Source: Haliotis rubra
Taxonomy: Eukaryota
DNA length: 64,000 nucleotides
Direction: 5' to 3'
NCBI RefSeq assembly: GCF_003918875.1
Contig: NW_025766968.1
Location: forward strand, 4,092,001-4,156,000
The position numbers and the translations under genes were made by a program. How positions within the stretch are numbered: the stretch's first letter is position 1; each line of letters opens with the position of its first letter. Under the pieces are notes generated by a model, which ran no database searches, was not told where the DNA came from, and saw only the letters and a program-made list of their open reading frames with translations. Of the stretch, positions 63,385-64,000 are shown piece after piece.

Positions 63385-63835
63385 TGAGGGTGTCAATCCA
63401 GTCTGAGTGTGTCAATCCAGGCTGAGGATGCCAATCCAAGCTGAAGGTGCCAATCCAGGCTGAGGATGCCAATCCAGGCTAAGGATGCCAATCCAGGCTG
63501 AGGATGCCAATCCTGACTGAAGGTTCCAACCCAGGCTGAGGATGCCAATCCAGACTGAGGATGCCAATCCAGACTGAGGATGCCAATCCAGGCTAAGGAT
63601 GCCAATCCAGGCTGAGGATGCCAATCCTGACTGAAGGTTCCAACCCAGGCTGAGGATGCCAATCCAGACTGAGGATGCCAATCCAGGCTGAGGATGCCAA
63701 TCCAGGCTGAGGATGCCAAATCTGACTGAAGGTGCCAATCTGGGCTGAAGAAGACAATCCAGGCTGAAGGTGCCAATCCAGGCAGAGGATGCCAATCCAG
63801 GATGAGGGTGCCAATCTAGTCTGAGGGTGCCAAAT
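63385..63835. repeat. 19-bp minisatellite (~23 copies)
   Basis: Unit ggctgaggatgccaatcca. Confidence 0.96.
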
Positions 63836-64000
63836 GAGTCTGGTATGCCAGATGCCTGTTTAGTGGTATTACAGATGCCACAGTGCAGTGCTGCTGGATG
63901 CCATGAAGGTTTACTGGCATGCAGATTTCAACCTTAAAATTGTTTAATATTTTTTTTCTATTTTAAAATTTGACATATCCATAAAATATTTAACTCTATG

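Noticed and set aside
63110-63390. A further viral fragment upstream of the unit K N relic
   Set aside because: Composition is similar, but I found no motif I could assign confidently.
1-64000. Intact or domesticated viral ORF, or host exons
   Set aside because: Every viral relic has multiple stops, frameshifts and deletions. I recognised no host protein similarity, though small exons cannot be excluded by eye.

Overview
AT-rich eukaryotic DNA with one assembly gap and no intact host gene. The SINE and MITE families look molluscan, probably an abalone-like gastropod (inference). Translating the minus strand by hand, across frameshifts and stops, shows that most non-repeat DNA is decayed hantavirus-like (Hantaviridae/Bunyaviricetes) coding sequence. 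I count about 12 nucleocapsid (N), 11 glycoprotein precursor (GPC, Gn/Gc) and 9 polymerase (L) relics. All lie on the minus strand, and wherever two or three genes survive together they run head-to-tail as N->GPC->L. Each unit is shortened by many internal deletions and interrupted by host SINEs (four families), MITEs and minisatellites. This looks like a large single-orientation array of endogenous viral elements (EVEs). It may record an unsegmented hanta-like virus, and it may act as a piRNA-type antiviral archive; both are inference. All peptide comparisons are by eye against recalled Hantaan/Andes proteins, and boundaries are approximate (about +/-50-100 bp). tBLASTn or HMM confirmation is needed.
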